From the sequence record DRR723986_4087: a stretch of 47,048 nucleotides of DNA; one strand, given 5' to 3'. The notes under the pieces are model-generated. The model did not search any database and had not been told where the DNA came from. It was given only the letters and a program-made list of their open reading frames with translations. The translations under genes were made by a program, and so were the position numbers. This document shows, in pieces, positions 28,392 through 38,846 of this stretch; positions within the stretch are counted from its first letter, which is position 1; the number at the start of each line of letters is the position of its first letter.

Positions 28392-31274
28392 GTGTCCCTA
28401 TTCCTGATTGCGGCCCTTCCCTTTCTTGGCGCGGTATTCCCGGCATTGCTGATCAGAGCGGGTCGAAACGCATCCGCTTCTGCTGCTGGCATGACGACTT
28501 TTCTGGCCTTCGTTGGGTTGCTAATCAACGCACCAGCCGTGATGCGTGGCGAGGTCGTGACCGCCCGTGTGGACTGGCTGCCGGGTCTGGGTCTGAACGC
28601 AAACTTCTACCTTGATGGCCTTGGCTTTCTGTTCGCAGGTCTCATTCTTGGGATCGGGTTGCTGATCATACTGTATGCCCGGTTCTATCTGTCCCGACAG
28701 GATCCAATGGGGCAATTCTACACCTATCTCTTGCTGTTTCAGGGCGCGATGGTGGGTATTGTACTGTCAGATAACATCTTGCTTTTGCTTGTGTTTTGGG
28801 AACTCACCTCACTCAGCTCGTTCCTATTGATCGGCTATTGGAAACACCTACCCGAAGGGCGCCAGGGCGCGCGTATGGCCTTGGCTGTCACCGGTTCAGG
28901 TGGTCTGGCCATGATCGGTGGCATGTTGATCCTTGGCAACATCGTGGGCAGCTATGATCTAACGGTGATTTTGCAGAACAAAGAGCTGATCCAAGCCTCG
29001 CCCCTGTACCTGCCCGCGTTGATCCTGATCCTGTTGGGTGCGTTCACCAAGTCAGCGCAGTTTCCGTTCCACTTCTGGTTGCCGCACGCCATGGCTGCCC
29101 CGACCCCTGTTTCGGCCTATCTCCACTCGGCCACGATGGTAAAAGCCGGTTTGTTCCTAATGGCCCGGATGTGGCCAGTTTTGGCGGGAACAGATGCCTG
29201 GTTTTATATTGTAGCCACAACTGGTCTTATCACGATGGTCCTTGGCGCGGTGATCGCGCTATTCAAAGATGACCTGAAGGCGCTGCTTGCCTTTTCCACC
29301 GTCAGCCATCTGGGGCTGATCACGATGTTGCTCGGCTTTGGCACCAAGATTGCCGCAGTGGCCGCGATTTTCCACATCATCAACCACGCCACCTTTAAGG
29401 CGGCGCTGTTCATGAGCGCGGGTATCATCGATCACGAGACCCACACCCGCGATATCAAGCGGCTGGGTGGCTTGCGTCATCTGATGCCGATCACGTTTGG
29501 GATCGCCGCCATCGCCGCCCTGTCGATGGCGGGTCTGCCGCCGCTGAACGGGTTCTTGTCCAAAGAGATGATGCTGGAGGAGACGGTTCACACGACCTGG
29601 CTCAACTCGCCCTATCTGGTGCCGGGATTTGCACTGTTGGGCGCACTGTTTTCTGCCGCCTACTCGTTTCGATATATCGGGCACGTTTTCCTTGGGCCAG
29701 AACGCGGTGACTACCCCGCGCATCCACATGATCCGCCTGTAGGCTTGTGGCTGGCCCCGGCGTTTCTGGTGTTGCTCGTCGTGCTGATCGGTTTGAATTC
29801 GGCCACCATAGTGGGGCCTTTGGTCGCCGTCGCATCAGACGCGGTCTTTGGCGGCGGAAAGGCCCCCTATTACTCTCTCAAAATCTGGCACGGATTTACG
29901 CCTGCGCTCTACATGTCCATGGTTGCTACGCTTGGTGGGATCGTGCTTTTGATGGGGCATCAGCGGCTTGAACGTATCTGGAACGCGATGCCACGCCCTG
30001 AGGCCAAAGTGATCTTTGACAGCGTGATCCGGGCGCTCACCGGGCTGAGCCAAGCGATCACCAACAGTCTGCACAACGGGGTTGTCAGCCGATATGGCAT
30101 GATCTTTGTCGTGTTCACGGTTGGCCTTGCCTATTACGCCTACGCGACAGGCACGATTGGCCTGCCGACGCGCATTTCGCTCGAGGCGCCTTTGCTGCCC
30201 ATCATCGGCTGGATCTGCTTGGTTGGCGCGACCTTGGCCACAGTTTACTTCCACCGCAATCGGCTTTTGGCACTGGTATTGATCGGCGTTGTTGGCTTGA
30301 TTGTATCTATGGCCTTCAACTACTTGTCCGCCCCGGATCTGGCGCTGACCCAGATTTCGGTCGAAGTCGTGACCATGATTTTGTTGCTGTTGTCGCTGAA
30401 TTTTTTGCCGACCCAGACGCCCGTCGACAGTTCGATGGCCCGCAAAGTGCGGGATACGGTGATTTCGATTGTTGCCGGTTTGGGCACTGGCGCGCTGGTC
30501 TATGCGCTGATGATGCGGGATTTTGCCTTTCCCTCGATATCCGAGTTCCATCTTGCGAATTCGTACAAGGGCGGTGGCGGCACCAATGTGGTGAACGTCA
30601 TTCTTGTCGATTTCCGGGGCTTTGATACTTTTGGGGAGATCATCGTGCTTGGCATCGCCGCCTTAGTGATCTTTGCCCTGACTGAAAGCGTGCTGGGCAC
30701 CAGCGTTCGGGCGCGATTGTTGAACCGCAAACCCAACTGGCCGCAATCCGGTGATGCCCACCCAATGATGATGGTGGTGGTCACGCGTGTGATGATGCCG
30801 ATGGCGCTGATGGTGGCCGCTTACATCTTTTTCCGGGGTCACAACCAACCCGGAGGCGGATTTATCGCCGGTCTGATCGCTGCAATCGCCTATTTGATGC
30901 AGTACATGGCCAGCGGCTTTACCTGGGCGGCTGAACGCCAACGGTTCTATTATCACGCGACCATCGGATGGGGGGTTCTGATTGCTGCCGCCACCGGATT
31001 GGGCGCTTGGTTCAACAAGGTTCCGTTCTTGACCAGCGACTATGGCTACATCCACATTCCTCCGTTCGAGGAGTTCGAATGGGCCACAGCAATGTTGTTT
31101 GATACCGGCGTGTTCCTCGCCGTTCTCGGCGCTGTCATGCTCGCGTTGGAAAGCCTGTCGCGCTTTGCATGGCGTCCCGGTATCGCGTCAGAACACCCGA
31201 TGGATATCAACCCGGCCCGGGATGACCCACCCGAAGAAACCGCATCTGTGAACACGCAAGAGAAGGAAGGCTGA
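28392..31274 (+). CDS. phaA: Monovalent cation/H+ antiporter subunit A (fused MrpA-MrpB)
   Basis: FWELTS, KSAQFPFHFWLP, APTPVSAYLHSA, DFRGFDT and the MrpB-type GHNQPGGGF in the same ORF. Confidence 0.95.
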   Translation: MSLFLIAALPFLGAVFPALLIRAGRNASASAAGMTTFLAFVGLLINAPAVMRGEVVTARVDWLPGLGLNANFYLDGLGFLFAGLILGIGLLIILYARFYLSRQDPMGQFYTYLLLFQGAMVGIVLSDNILLLLVFWELTSLSSFLLIGYWKHLPEGRQGARMALAVTGSGGLAMIGGMLILGNIVGSYDLTVILQNKELIQASPLYLPALILILLGAFTKSAQFPFHFWLPHAMAAPTPVSAYLHSATMVKAGLFLMARMWPVLAGTDAWFYIVATTGLITMVLGAVIALFKDDLKALLAFSTVSHLGLITMLLGFGTKIAAVAAIFHIINHATFKAALFMSAGIIDHETHTRDIKRLGGLRHLMPITFGIAAIAALSMAGLPPLNGFLSKEMMLEETVHTTWLNSPYLVPGFALLGALFSAAYSFRYIGHVFLGPERGDYPAHPHDPPVGLWLAPAFLVLLVVLIGLNSATIVGPLVAVASDAVFGGGKAPYYSLKIWHGFTPALYMSMVATLGGIVLLMGHQRLERIWNAMPRPEAKVIFDSVIRALTGLSQAITNSLHNGVVSRYGMIFVVFTVGLAYYAYATGTIGLPTRISLEAPLLPIIGWICLVGATLATVYFHRNRLLALVLIGVVGLIVSMAFNYLSAPDLALTQISVEVVTMILLLLSLNFLPTQTPVDSSMARKVRDTVISIVAGLGTGALVYALMMRDFAFPSISEFHLANSYKGGGGTNVVNVILVDFRGFDTFGEIIVLGIAALVIFALTESVLGTSVRARLLNRKPNWPQSGDAHPMMMVVVTRVMMPMALMVAAYIFFRGHNQPGGGFIAGLIAAIAYLMQYMASGFTWAAERQRFYYHATIGWGVLIAAATGLGAWFNKVPFLTSDYGYIHIPPFEEFEWATAMLFDTGVFLAVLGAVMLALESLSRFAWRPGIASEHPMDINPARDDPPEETASVNTQEKEG

Positions 31275-31275
31275 T

Positions 31276-31626
31276 ATGGAACTCCTTCTAGCCACCGCCG
31301 TTGGCGTCCTGACCGCCGCTGGGATTTTCCTGATCCTGCGCCGCCGTACATTTCCGGTCATCCTTGGCCTGTCCTTGCTGACCTATGCAGTGAACGTCTT
31401 TCTGTTTGCGACCGGGCGCTTGGCCGTCAATGCCCCTGCTGTCCTGAACAAATACGAAGACGTCGCGTATACAGATCCCTTGCCACAGGCATTGGTTCTG
31501 ACGGCCATTGTGATTTCTTTTGGTATGACAGCCGTCATCGTGATGATTGCCCTCAGCGCCTATTTATCCTCGGACGATGACCGGATCGACATGACCGCCC
31601 AAGACGATGCGGGAGATGACGCATGA
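31276..31626 (+). CDS. phaC: Cation/H+ antiporter subunit C
   Basis: DPLPQALVLTAIVI motif. Confidence 0.95.
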   Translation: MELLLATAVGVLTAAGIFLILRRRTFPVILGLSLLTYAVNVFLFATGRLAVNAPAVLNKYEDVAYTDPLPQALVLTAIVISFGMTAVIVMIALSAYLSSDDDRIDMTAQDDAGDDA

Positions 31627-33170
31627 ACCACTGGATCGTAGCCCCGATCATTCTGCCCGCTCTGGTCGCTCCGTTCATCATTATGGTGTTGCGGTATCAT
31701 CTGGATCTGCAGCGCATTTTCTCTGTCGCCGGCACCGTTGGGTTGCTGGGCATTGCGCTGACCCTCTTGGCGCAAGCGTCAGGTGGCGAGGTGCTGATTT
31801 ACGAGCTTGGCAATTGGCAGGCCCCATTCGGAATCGTGCTGGTGTTGGACCGTTTGTCAGCCATGATGGTTCTTATTACCGCCCTGCTCGCTTTGCCCGT
31901 GGTGCTTTATGCAATCGGGTCAGGTTGGGACACACGCGGACGACATTTCCACGCCCTATTCCAATTCCAGCTGATGGGGGTCATCGGGGCCTTTCTCACC
32001 GGGGATGCGTTTAACCTGTTTGTGTTTTTCGAAGTGCTGCTGATCGCGTCTTATGGGTTGATGACCCATGGTGGCGGGGCCGAGCGGCTCAAGGCAGGCG
32101 TGCAATACGTGGTTTACAACTTGCTGGGGTCCACGTTGTTCTTATTTGCGCTTGGGACGCTGTACGCCGTCACCGGGACGCTGAACATGGCGGACCTCGC
32201 GGTTCGTGTCGCCGAAATCCCTGCCGAAGATACCGCCCTGTTGCGCGTTGGGGCCGTGTTGCTGTTGTTGGTGTTTGCCATCAAAGCCGCGGTATTGCCT
32301 TTGCATTTTTGGTTGCCAGCCAGCTATGCAAACGCGCCGCTTCCGGTGGCCGCCCTATTTGCGATTATGACCAAGGTTGGTGCTTACGCGATCTTGCGCA
32401 TGTACACGTTGGTGTTTGGGCCTGATGTCGAGAACACAGCGGGTCTGGCCAGCGATTGGTTGCCAATTGCAGCTATGGCAACCTTGGCCATTGGGGCCTT
32501 GGGCATCTTGGGCTCACGACAAATCGGACGCCTTGTTGCCTTTGGCGCCATCGCATCGATGGGCACACTGCTGATTTCAATCTCACTGTTCACACCCCAA
32601 GCAACCAGCGCCGCGCTGTATTATATCGTGCATTCGACCTTTGCCACGGCGCTGCTGTTCTTGGTCGCGGATCTGGTGATGGAGCGTCAGGGGCGCGATA
32701 TTTCTGCCCTCAAACCCATGCCGCAAACCGGCTTGATCGCTGCCTTGTTTTTTGTTGGGGCCATTGCAATGGCCGGGATGCCGCCGCTTTCAGGGTTTAT
32801 CGGAAAATTGTTGGTGATGGATGCGGCGCGCAGCTCGACCGAATATGCGTTTATTTGGGCTGTCATTTTGATCAGCTCTTTCATCACCATCGTGGGTTTT
32901 GCCCGCGCAGGCACGGTGATCTTCTGGAAAAGCCATGACGCCGCTTACAACCCAGAGCCAGACCCCGACAACGACGATGAAATCGTGAAAGAGCCCGCAC
33001 CTGAGCCCTATCCAATTGTTGCCTTTGCCTCGATCTTTCTACTGGGCATTGGGCTTGCGGCCCTCACGCTCTTTTCTGGTCCGATGATGGAATATGCGCA
33101 GCAAACAGCAGAACAGCTGTATAATCCCGCTGAGTACATCAATGCGGTTCTCAAAGGGGGACAAGAATGA
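31623..33170 (+). CDS. phaD: Cation/H+ antiporter subunit D
   Basis: GDAFNLFVFFE, TKVG and GMPPLSGF motifs. Confidence 0.95.
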   Translation: MNHWIVAPIILPALVAPFIIMVLRYHLDLQRIFSVAGTVGLLGIALTLLAQASGGEVLIYELGNWQAPFGIVLVLDRLSAMMVLITALLALPVVLYAIGSGWDTRGRHFHALFQFQLMGVIGAFLTGDAFNLFVFFEVLLIASYGLMTHGGGAERLKAGVQYVVYNLLGSTLFLFALGTLYAVTGTLNMADLAVRVAEIPAEDTALLRVGAVLLLLVFAIKAAVLPLHFWLPASYANAPLPVAALFAIMTKVGAYAILRMYTLVFGPDVENTAGLASDWLPIAAMATLAIGALGILGSRQIGRLVAFGAIASMGTLLISISLFTPQATSAALYYIVHSTFATALLFLVADLVMERQGRDISALKPMPQTGLIAALFFVGAIAMAGMPPLSGFIGKLLVMDAARSSTEYAFIWAVILISSFITIVGFARAGTVIFWKSHDAAYNPEPDPDNDDEIVKEPAPEPYPIVAFASIFLLGIGLAALTLFSGPMMEYAQQTAEQLYNPAEYINAVLKGGQE

Positions 33171-33664
33171 AACTGCTCCGCCGTATTTTCCCACACCCAC
33201 ACATGAGCGTTTTGTTGACGCTGGTCTGGATGCTGTTGGCCAATTCAATCTCTTTGAATTCGCTGGTGTTTGGGCTGTTGCTGGGGATCGTGATCCCCTT
33301 TGTCACCCAACCCTATTGGCCAGATCGCCCAAAGCTGCGCAACTGGCCGATGGTTGTGTCGTATATTCTGATCGTGCTGTGGGATATCGTGGTCGCCAAC
33401 GTGACTGTTGCCATGATTATCCTGTTCAAACGAGACGCAGATCGACAGCCCAATTGGGTCTGCGTTCCGCTGGATCTGCGCAGCCCCGAGGCCATCACAG
33501 TTCTTGCCGGAACCATCACCATGACCCCCGGCACTGTCAGTGCGGACTTGTCCTCGGGCGGGCACAATCTGTTGGTGCATTGCCTGGACGCCCCCGATCC
33601 TGAGGCCGTGCGCGATGAGATCAAGCAACGCTACGAACGCCGCCTCAAGGAGATTTTCGAATGA
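33167..33664 (+). CDS. phaE: Cation/H+ antiporter subunit E
   Basis: ITMTPGT motif; IKQRYERRLKEIF end. Confidence 0.93.
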   Translation: MKLLRRIFPHPHMSVLLTLVWMLLANSISLNSLVFGLLLGIVIPFVTQPYWPDRPKLRNWPMVVSYILIVLWDIVVANVTVAMIILFKRDADRQPNWVCVPLDLRSPEAITVLAGTITMTPGTVSADLSSGGHNLLVHCLDAPDPEAVRDEIKQRYERRLKEIFE

Positions 33665-33930
33665 TCAGCATTGCTATTTACTTCGCTTTCGCCTGCTTTG
33701 GGGCGGCTATCATGATGTGTTTATGGCGGATCATTACCGCCGAAGGTGTCGGAACCCGAGTGCTCGCGCTGGATACGATGGTGATCAACACGATTGCCCT
33801 GATGATCCTTTATGGTCTGAACATCGGCACCGAGATCTTTTTTGAATCCGCAATGATCATCGCCATGCTCGGCTTTGTGTCCACGGTTGCCTATGCGCGC
33901 TTTATGCTGCGCGGCAATATCATCGAGTGA
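33661..33930 (+). CDS. phaF: Cation/H+ antiporter subunit F
   Basis: RVLALD and GFVSTVA motifs; 89 aa, hydrophobic. Confidence 0.93.
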   Translation: MISIAIYFAFACFGAAIMMCLWRIITAEGVGTRVLALDTMVINTIALMILYGLNIGTEIFFESAMIIAMLGFVSTVAYARFMLRGNIIE

Positions 33931-33939
33931 GGGTCCCCA

Positions 33940-34326
33940 ATGCAGATGTTTTTTGAGATCCTCATTGCTTTCTTTCTCATCGTGTCAGGTATTTTTGGGT
34001 TTGTGGGGTCTTTTGGGATGATCAAGCTCAAGGACCCGATGTCGCGCCTACATGCCCCGACCAAAGCGACCACTTTGGGTGTGGGTGGGGTCCTGCTGGC
34101 GTCAATCCTGCATTCCTTTGCGATTGAAGGGCATTTGTCGCTGCATGAGCTATTGATCACGCTGTTTTTGTTTCTAACCGCGCCGGTCACGGCTCTGTTC
34201 ATTGCCAAATGGCACATTCACCGTCATGAAAGCCCCGAGACTCTCCCCCCCACTGGGGAAGACGACAGTTGGGCCACCCACGCGGTCGAACAAGAAGAAG
34301 ACGTTCCTGACCACACGGCGACCTGA
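33940..34326 (+). CDS. phaG: Cation/H+ antiporter subunit G
   Basis: RLHAPTKATTLG and TAPV motifs. Confidence 0.93.
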   Translation: MQMFFEILIAFFLIVSGIFGFVGSFGMIKLKDPMSRLHAPTKATTLGVGGVLLASILHSFAIEGHLSLHELLITLFLFLTAPVTALFIAKWHIHRHESPETLPPTGEDDSWATHAVEQEEDVPDHTAT

Positions 34327-34332
34327 CAAACC

Positions 34333-36486
34333 ATGCACACACCTCCGCTGCCCCTAACCCAAGATCTGGTTCTGATTGGTGGGGGTCATACCCATGCCTT
34401 GGTGTTACGAAAATGGGGCATGTCGCCCCTGCCCGGTGCACGGCTTACCGTGATCAATCCCGGCCCAACCGCCCCCTATTCAGGAATGTTGCCGGGGTTT
34501 GTTGCAGGACATTATGCGCGCGAAGAGCTGGACATTGATCTTGTCCGCCTCGCCCGTTTTGCAGGCGCCAGAATCATCGTCGGCAGCGTGCAAGGTATCG
34601 ACACGGAGGCACGGCTTGTGCACGTCCCGGGACGGCCACCGATCTCTTTTGACGTGGCATCAATCAATGTCGGGATCACATCGGATATGCCGACCCTGCC
34701 CGGCTTTGCTGAACACGCTATTCCGGCCAAGCCGCTGGGCCCGTTTGCGACGCGGTGGAGCGGTTATCTTGCGAAATCAGGGCCCGCACATGTGGCCGTG
34801 ATCGGAGGCGGTGTGGCCGGTGCAGAGCTGGCGATGGCGATGGCTCATGCCCTCAGAACCCGTCAGCGGCCAGCCGTTGTGTCTTTGATTGATAGCGCCC
34901 GCGCCCTGACAGCACTTGGCGCCAAAGCCGCAATGCGCATCCGTGCCGCCATGTCTGACTTAGGTGTTGATTTGATCGAACAAGCCCAGATCACTCAGAT
35001 TGAGCCCACGCACATAAAGCTGTCAGACGGGCGTCAGATTGTTGCCGACTTTACTACGGGGGCCGCGGGGGCGCGTCCTTATGATTGGATGGCCCAGACC
35101 GGGCTTGACCTGCACGAGGGGTTCATTGCGGTGAGCCGCCATTTGCAATCCAGCGATCCTGCCCTCTTTGCGGCTGGGGATTGTGCCCATTTGACGGAAA
35201 ACCCACGCCCCAAAGCGGGTGTATATGCAGTGCGCGAAGCCCCGGTTTTGTTCAACAATCTGCGGGCGGCGTTGGGGGCTGGTAAGATGCGGCCCTATAT
35301 CCCGCAAAAAGATTACCTAAAACTGATCTCGCTTGGGCAAAAATCAGCCTTGGGGGAGCGGTTTGGAACACCGCTCAGCGGTGGGATGATGTGGAAATGG
35401 AAAGATCACATCGATCAGACCTTTATGAACAAATTCCGCACCTTACCGCAAATGCCCTCGCCTGCCCTGCCTAAAGAACGCGCATCCGGCGTGGCCGAAG
35501 CTGTCGGGGATAAGCCCCTGTGTGGAGGATGCGGGGCCAAGGTCGGGCGCGCAACATTGCAAGGGGCGCTGCGAACATTGCCCACAGTGTCACGGGCTGA
35601 CATCACGCCGCTCCCTGGTGATGATGCAGCTGTGATGACAACAGGGGGTGTGCAGCAGGTTCTGACCTCGGACCATCTGCGCAGCTTGACCGAAGATCCC
35701 GTTGCCATGACCCAGATCGCCGCGATCCACGCATTGGGCGATATCTGGGCGATGGGGGCCGAGCCTCAGGCCGCGACCGCAACTCTTATCCTGCCGCGTC
35801 TATCCCCCACGCTACAGCACCGGACCTTGAACGAAATCATGACAACCGCCACCGATGTGATGCGGGAGGCCGGGGCCGAAATCGTTGGGGGCCACACGTC
35901 AATCGGGGATGAATTGACCATTGGGTTTACGCTGACCGGCCTATGTTCTCAGGATCCCATTACATTGGCCGGAGGGAGGTCCGGCGACGTGTTGATACTG
36001 ACCAAGCCATTGGGCAGTGGCGTCATCATGGCCGCCGAAATGGCTGGTGCGGCGAACGGGGAATGGGCCGCTGCCGCGTTGGATCAGATGATGCAGCCGC
36101 AAGGCCAGGCATCCCGCATTCTAAAGGATGCCCACGCGATGACCGACGTGACCGGGTTTGGCCTTGCGGGTCACCTTGTAGGTCTGTGTGAGGCCTCTGG
36201 ATGTGGCGCCAAACTGGATCTGGATGCAATCCCCGTGATGCAGGGCGCAGTAGAGCTGGCTGACGCAGGCATCCAATCCAGCCTGTTCTTAGAAAACCGC
36301 ATGATCGCCAAGGACCTGCCCCAAGGCGGCAAGTCCGATCTTTTGTTTGATCCACAGACTGCAGGCGGATTGCTGGCCGCCGTCCCTGCTGATCATTCAG
36401 AGGTGATCTTGTCCCAGTTGCAAGCCGCCGGATATCCAGCTGCCCGTATTGGTGTGCTGACTGAAGCCTCAGGATTGACGCTCTAG
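34333..36486 (+). CDS. selD: Selenide,water dikinase fused to an N-terminal pyridine nucleotide-disulfide oxidoreductase domain
   Basis: N-domain LIGGGHTH, IGGGVAG, AAGD, KAGVYAVR; C-domain CGGCGAK, DDAA, GGHT, LTKPLG, TDVTGFGL, DPQTAGGLL. Confidence 0.93.
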   Translation: MHTPPLPLTQDLVLIGGGHTHALVLRKWGMSPLPGARLTVINPGPTAPYSGMLPGFVAGHYAREELDIDLVRLARFAGARIIVGSVQGIDTEARLVHVPGRPPISFDVASINVGITSDMPTLPGFAEHAIPAKPLGPFATRWSGYLAKSGPAHVAVIGGGVAGAELAMAMAHALRTRQRPAVVSLIDSARALTALGAKAAMRIRAAMSDLGVDLIEQAQITQIEPTHIKLSDGRQIVADFTTGAAGARPYDWMAQTGLDLHEGFIAVSRHLQSSDPALFAAGDCAHLTENPRPKAGVYAVREAPVLFNNLRAALGAGKMRPYIPQKDYLKLISLGQKSALGERFGTPLSGGMMWKWKDHIDQTFMNKFRTLPQMPSPALPKERASGVAEAVGDKPLCGGCGAKVGRATLQGALRTLPTVSRADITPLPGDDAAVMTTGGVQQVLTSDHLRSLTEDPVAMTQIAAIHALGDIWAMGAEPQAATATLILPRLSPTLQHRTLNEIMTTATDVMREAGAEIVGGHTSIGDELTIGFTLTGLCSQDPITLAGGRSGDVLILTKPLGSGVIMAAEMAGAANGEWAAAALDQMMQPQGQASRILKDAHAMTDVTGFGLAGHLVGLCEASGCGAKLDLDAIPVMQGAVELADAGIQSSLFLENRMIAKDLPQGGKSDLLFDPQTAGGLLAAVPADHSEVILSQLQAAGYPAARIGVLTEASGLTL

Positions 36487-37535
36487 ATCCCGGCCACGAT
36501 CTCTTTGATCTGTTCTGCAATCGTGTCCAAGCCGCTTGGCTCTAAGCTTTGGGCCTCGACACGCGCTTGGATAGGTACATCATGGGCTTTGCGGGATTTC
36601 TGATAGGCCAGATCATAATGCTGCTCCATCAAAGCCCCTGTCACCGCCTGCTTGTCGCCCGCATCAATCAAGGCAAACCAACCATCGACAATTTCGTGCC
36701 CCCGATGTTGCCGCAGCGGGTCGAGGCGTTGTTTCAAGCGGGGTTCGTCCGACAAAATGTCGTCATAAGCCGCCGCAAGATACGGGATGCGCGCTGCAAG
36801 CGGTGCGCCGATTTCAATCCGAGGCGCTGTTTTCAGCGCATTCCACACCATCGGTGGAACGATCCGCGCGCCAATCTTGCTGGATTCCGCTTCGACAACG
36901 ACGGGCAAGTTTGGATCAAGCTGGCACAGGGCCCCTGCCAAGGCGGATTCAAACGCCTTTTGGCTGGGTTGCCCCCCTGGCATCGCCCCCAAAAGGGAAC
37001 CGCGATGATTGGCCAGCCCCTCCAAATCCAAAACTTGCACACCGCGCGCGCGCAAGAGTGACAGAATGTCAGTCTTGGCTGTGCCGGTATACCCATCCAA
37101 CGCAATCAAACGATGGGGCAAGCTCTCTTTGTAGAGGTATTTGTACACCAACCGTCGATAGGTTTGGTATCCACCGGTAACGATGTCAGCCCGCCACCCA
37201 ATCTGTTGCAGCATCCATGTAAACGATCCAGATCGCTGACCGCCGCGCCAACAATAGACCAATGGCTTCCACCCGCCCTCATGCTGGGACAGGCTTGCCT
37301 CGATATGGTTCGCGGCATTGCGAAACACCAAGGCAGCGCCAAGTTTGCGCGCCAAAAATGGGCTTTCCTGCACATACATTGTACCGACTTTGGCCCGCTC
37401 TTCGTTGTCCAGAACCGGCAGGTTTATCGCACCGGGCAGATGGTCCTCGGCGTATTCAGCCGGGCTGCGGACATCGATCACGGTGTCAAACCCATGATCA
37501 TAAAGCGATTGAAGCGAGGAAAAGTCTAAAGCCAT
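36483..37535 (-). CDS. mnmH: tRNA 2-selenouridine synthase
   Basis: DVRSPAE rhodanese domain, YCWRGGQRS, GYTGTAKT, DLEGLANHRGS and EAESSKIG motifs. Confidence 0.95.
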   Translation of the reverse strand: MALDFSSLQSLYDHGFDTVIDVRSPAEYAEDHLPGAINLPVLDNEERAKVGTMYVQESPFLARKLGAALVFRNAANHIEASLSQHEGGWKPLVYCWRGGQRSGSFTWMLQQIGWRADIVTGGYQTYRRLVYKYLYKESLPHRLIALDGYTGTAKTDILSLLRARGVQVLDLEGLANHRGSLLGAMPGGQPSQKAFESALAGALCQLDPNLPVVVEAESSKIGARIVPPMVWNALKTAPRIEIGAPLAARIPYLAAAYDDILSDEPRLKQRLDPLRQHRGHEIVDGWFALIDAGDKQAVTGALMEQHYDLAYQKSRKAHDVPIQARVEAQSLEPSGLDTIAEQIKEIVAGI

Positions 37536-37667
37536 GGGGTTGGACCTATCCCGTCTGCCGCCTAAGGGGAAGAGACATCAGAAAACTGACACATCTACAC
37601 CAATCATATCTTGTCAAAATTGACGACATTATTAAATTGACCCGGCAACAACTGAAAGACGCGCCGT

Positions 37668-38138
37668 ATGTGCATTTACCATCTTGCTGGCCACCTAATC
37701 CGACGTGTCAATCAAATCTCGGTCGCGACGTTTCTGGACAGCATGGCCCATGCCGGTGTGCCGCTGACCCCTGTTCAGTATTCTGCCCTTGCAACCGTCC
37801 AATCCACCCCCGGAATTGATCAGGCAACATTGGCCGGACTGATCGCTTATGATCGTGCTACGTTGGGCAAAGTCATTGACCGCCTAGAAGAACGCGCGCT
37901 GGTGGAAAGATCCGTATCCCCAAGAGACCGGCGTGCAAAGTGTTTGCACCTGTCCCCCCTTGGTCAGGAGATTTTGACCAAGGCCCAGCCACATGTGGAT
38001 TCAGCACAGCCCAAGATGATGGCAGGATTAACGGAAACCGAGCAAACCCAGCTTCTTGAATTGCTGCACAAAATCACGGTTTCCGGCAACAATCAAAGCC
38101 GGGCGCCGCTGGTTTTGAACACCAGCAAAACCGATTAA
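37668..38138 (+). CDS. MarR family transcriptional regulator
   Basis: GHLIRR, LTPVQY, DQATLA..DRAT and DRR wing motifs; start codon uncertain. Confidence 0.9.
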   Translation: MCIYHLAGHLIRRVNQISVATFLDSMAHAGVPLTPVQYSALATVQSTPGIDQATLAGLIAYDRATLGKVIDRLEERALVERSVSPRDRRAKCLHLSPLGQEILTKAQPHVDSAQPKMMAGLTETEQTQLLELLHKITVSGNNQSRAPLVLNTSKTD

Positions 38139-38800
38139 TCCTCGAAGAGTTCGATCAACTCTGGACCACTGGACCGGTTCGAATTCACCTTTGGGTCGAC
38201 GCGGTGATAGATCAGCGTGTCATCGGGTGCGGCCTGCATCAATCGCGCCGCGCCTTTGCCCTCTTCGCCCAGCCACAAAGACCACTGTTCGGGTTCCAGA
38301 ATGACAGGCATGCGGTGATGGATGTTCGATATGCTTTCATTCGCACCGGTGGTCACAATGGCGCAGGTGGGCTGACGCTGCTCACCGCCCCCCCAATCCT
38401 GCCAAATTCCTGCAAAAGCGATCGGGGCACCGTCCTGACGATGGATGTACCATGGCAGGCGCGTTTCTTGGGCGGACTTGGTCCATTCATAAAACCCTGT
38501 GGCCATCATCAGACACCGCCGCATCCGGCATGCCTCACGAAAGGCGGGTTTTTCAGCCAGGGTTTCGCTGCGCGCATTGATCAACAACGGCCCCGCATTT
38601 TCGGCTTTGTACCAATGCGGGATAAATCCCCAGCGCATCGGTAAGAGCTGACGTCCGGTTTCCCCGCTGCGCACAACATGCACTTGATTGGTGGGGCAGA
38701 CGTTAAAATTCGGGACCTCAGGCAGGGTGTTCGCGGGCTGGGCCGCAAACAGTTGCGCCATCGCATCATTGGGCAGGGTTACAGCAAAGCGTCCACACAT
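38135..38800 (-). CDS. SOS-response-associated peptidase (SRAP/YedK, abasic-site processing)
   Basis: MCGRF N-terminal Cys; WG, NARSE, FYEW and HHRMPVIL motifs. Confidence 0.95.
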   Translation of the reverse strand: MCGRFAVTLPNDAMAQLFAAQPANTLPEVPNFNVCPTNQVHVVRSGETGRQLLPMRWGFIPHWYKAENAGPLLINARSETLAEKPAFREACRMRRCLMMATGFYEWTKSAQETRLPWYIHRQDGAPIAFAGIWQDWGGGEQRQPTCAIVTTGANESISNIHHRMPVILEPEQWSLWLGEEGKGAARLMQAAPDDTLIYHRVDPKVNSNRSSGPELIELFED

Positions 38801-38846
38801 TCCTAAACCTAGACTTGGGGCTGCACTGATGGCCAGACCCCAAATG

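Noticed and set aside
32935-33012. Pro/Asp/Glu-rich stretch in PhaD
   Set aside because: Looks like a variable low-complexity loop; the frame is intact and there is no sign of an insertion element.
34333-37535. Selenocysteine UGA recoding in selD or neighbouring genes
   Set aside because: selD has Cys codons and an uninterrupted frame; nearby TGA stops fit full-length proteins or ATGA/GTGA coupling.
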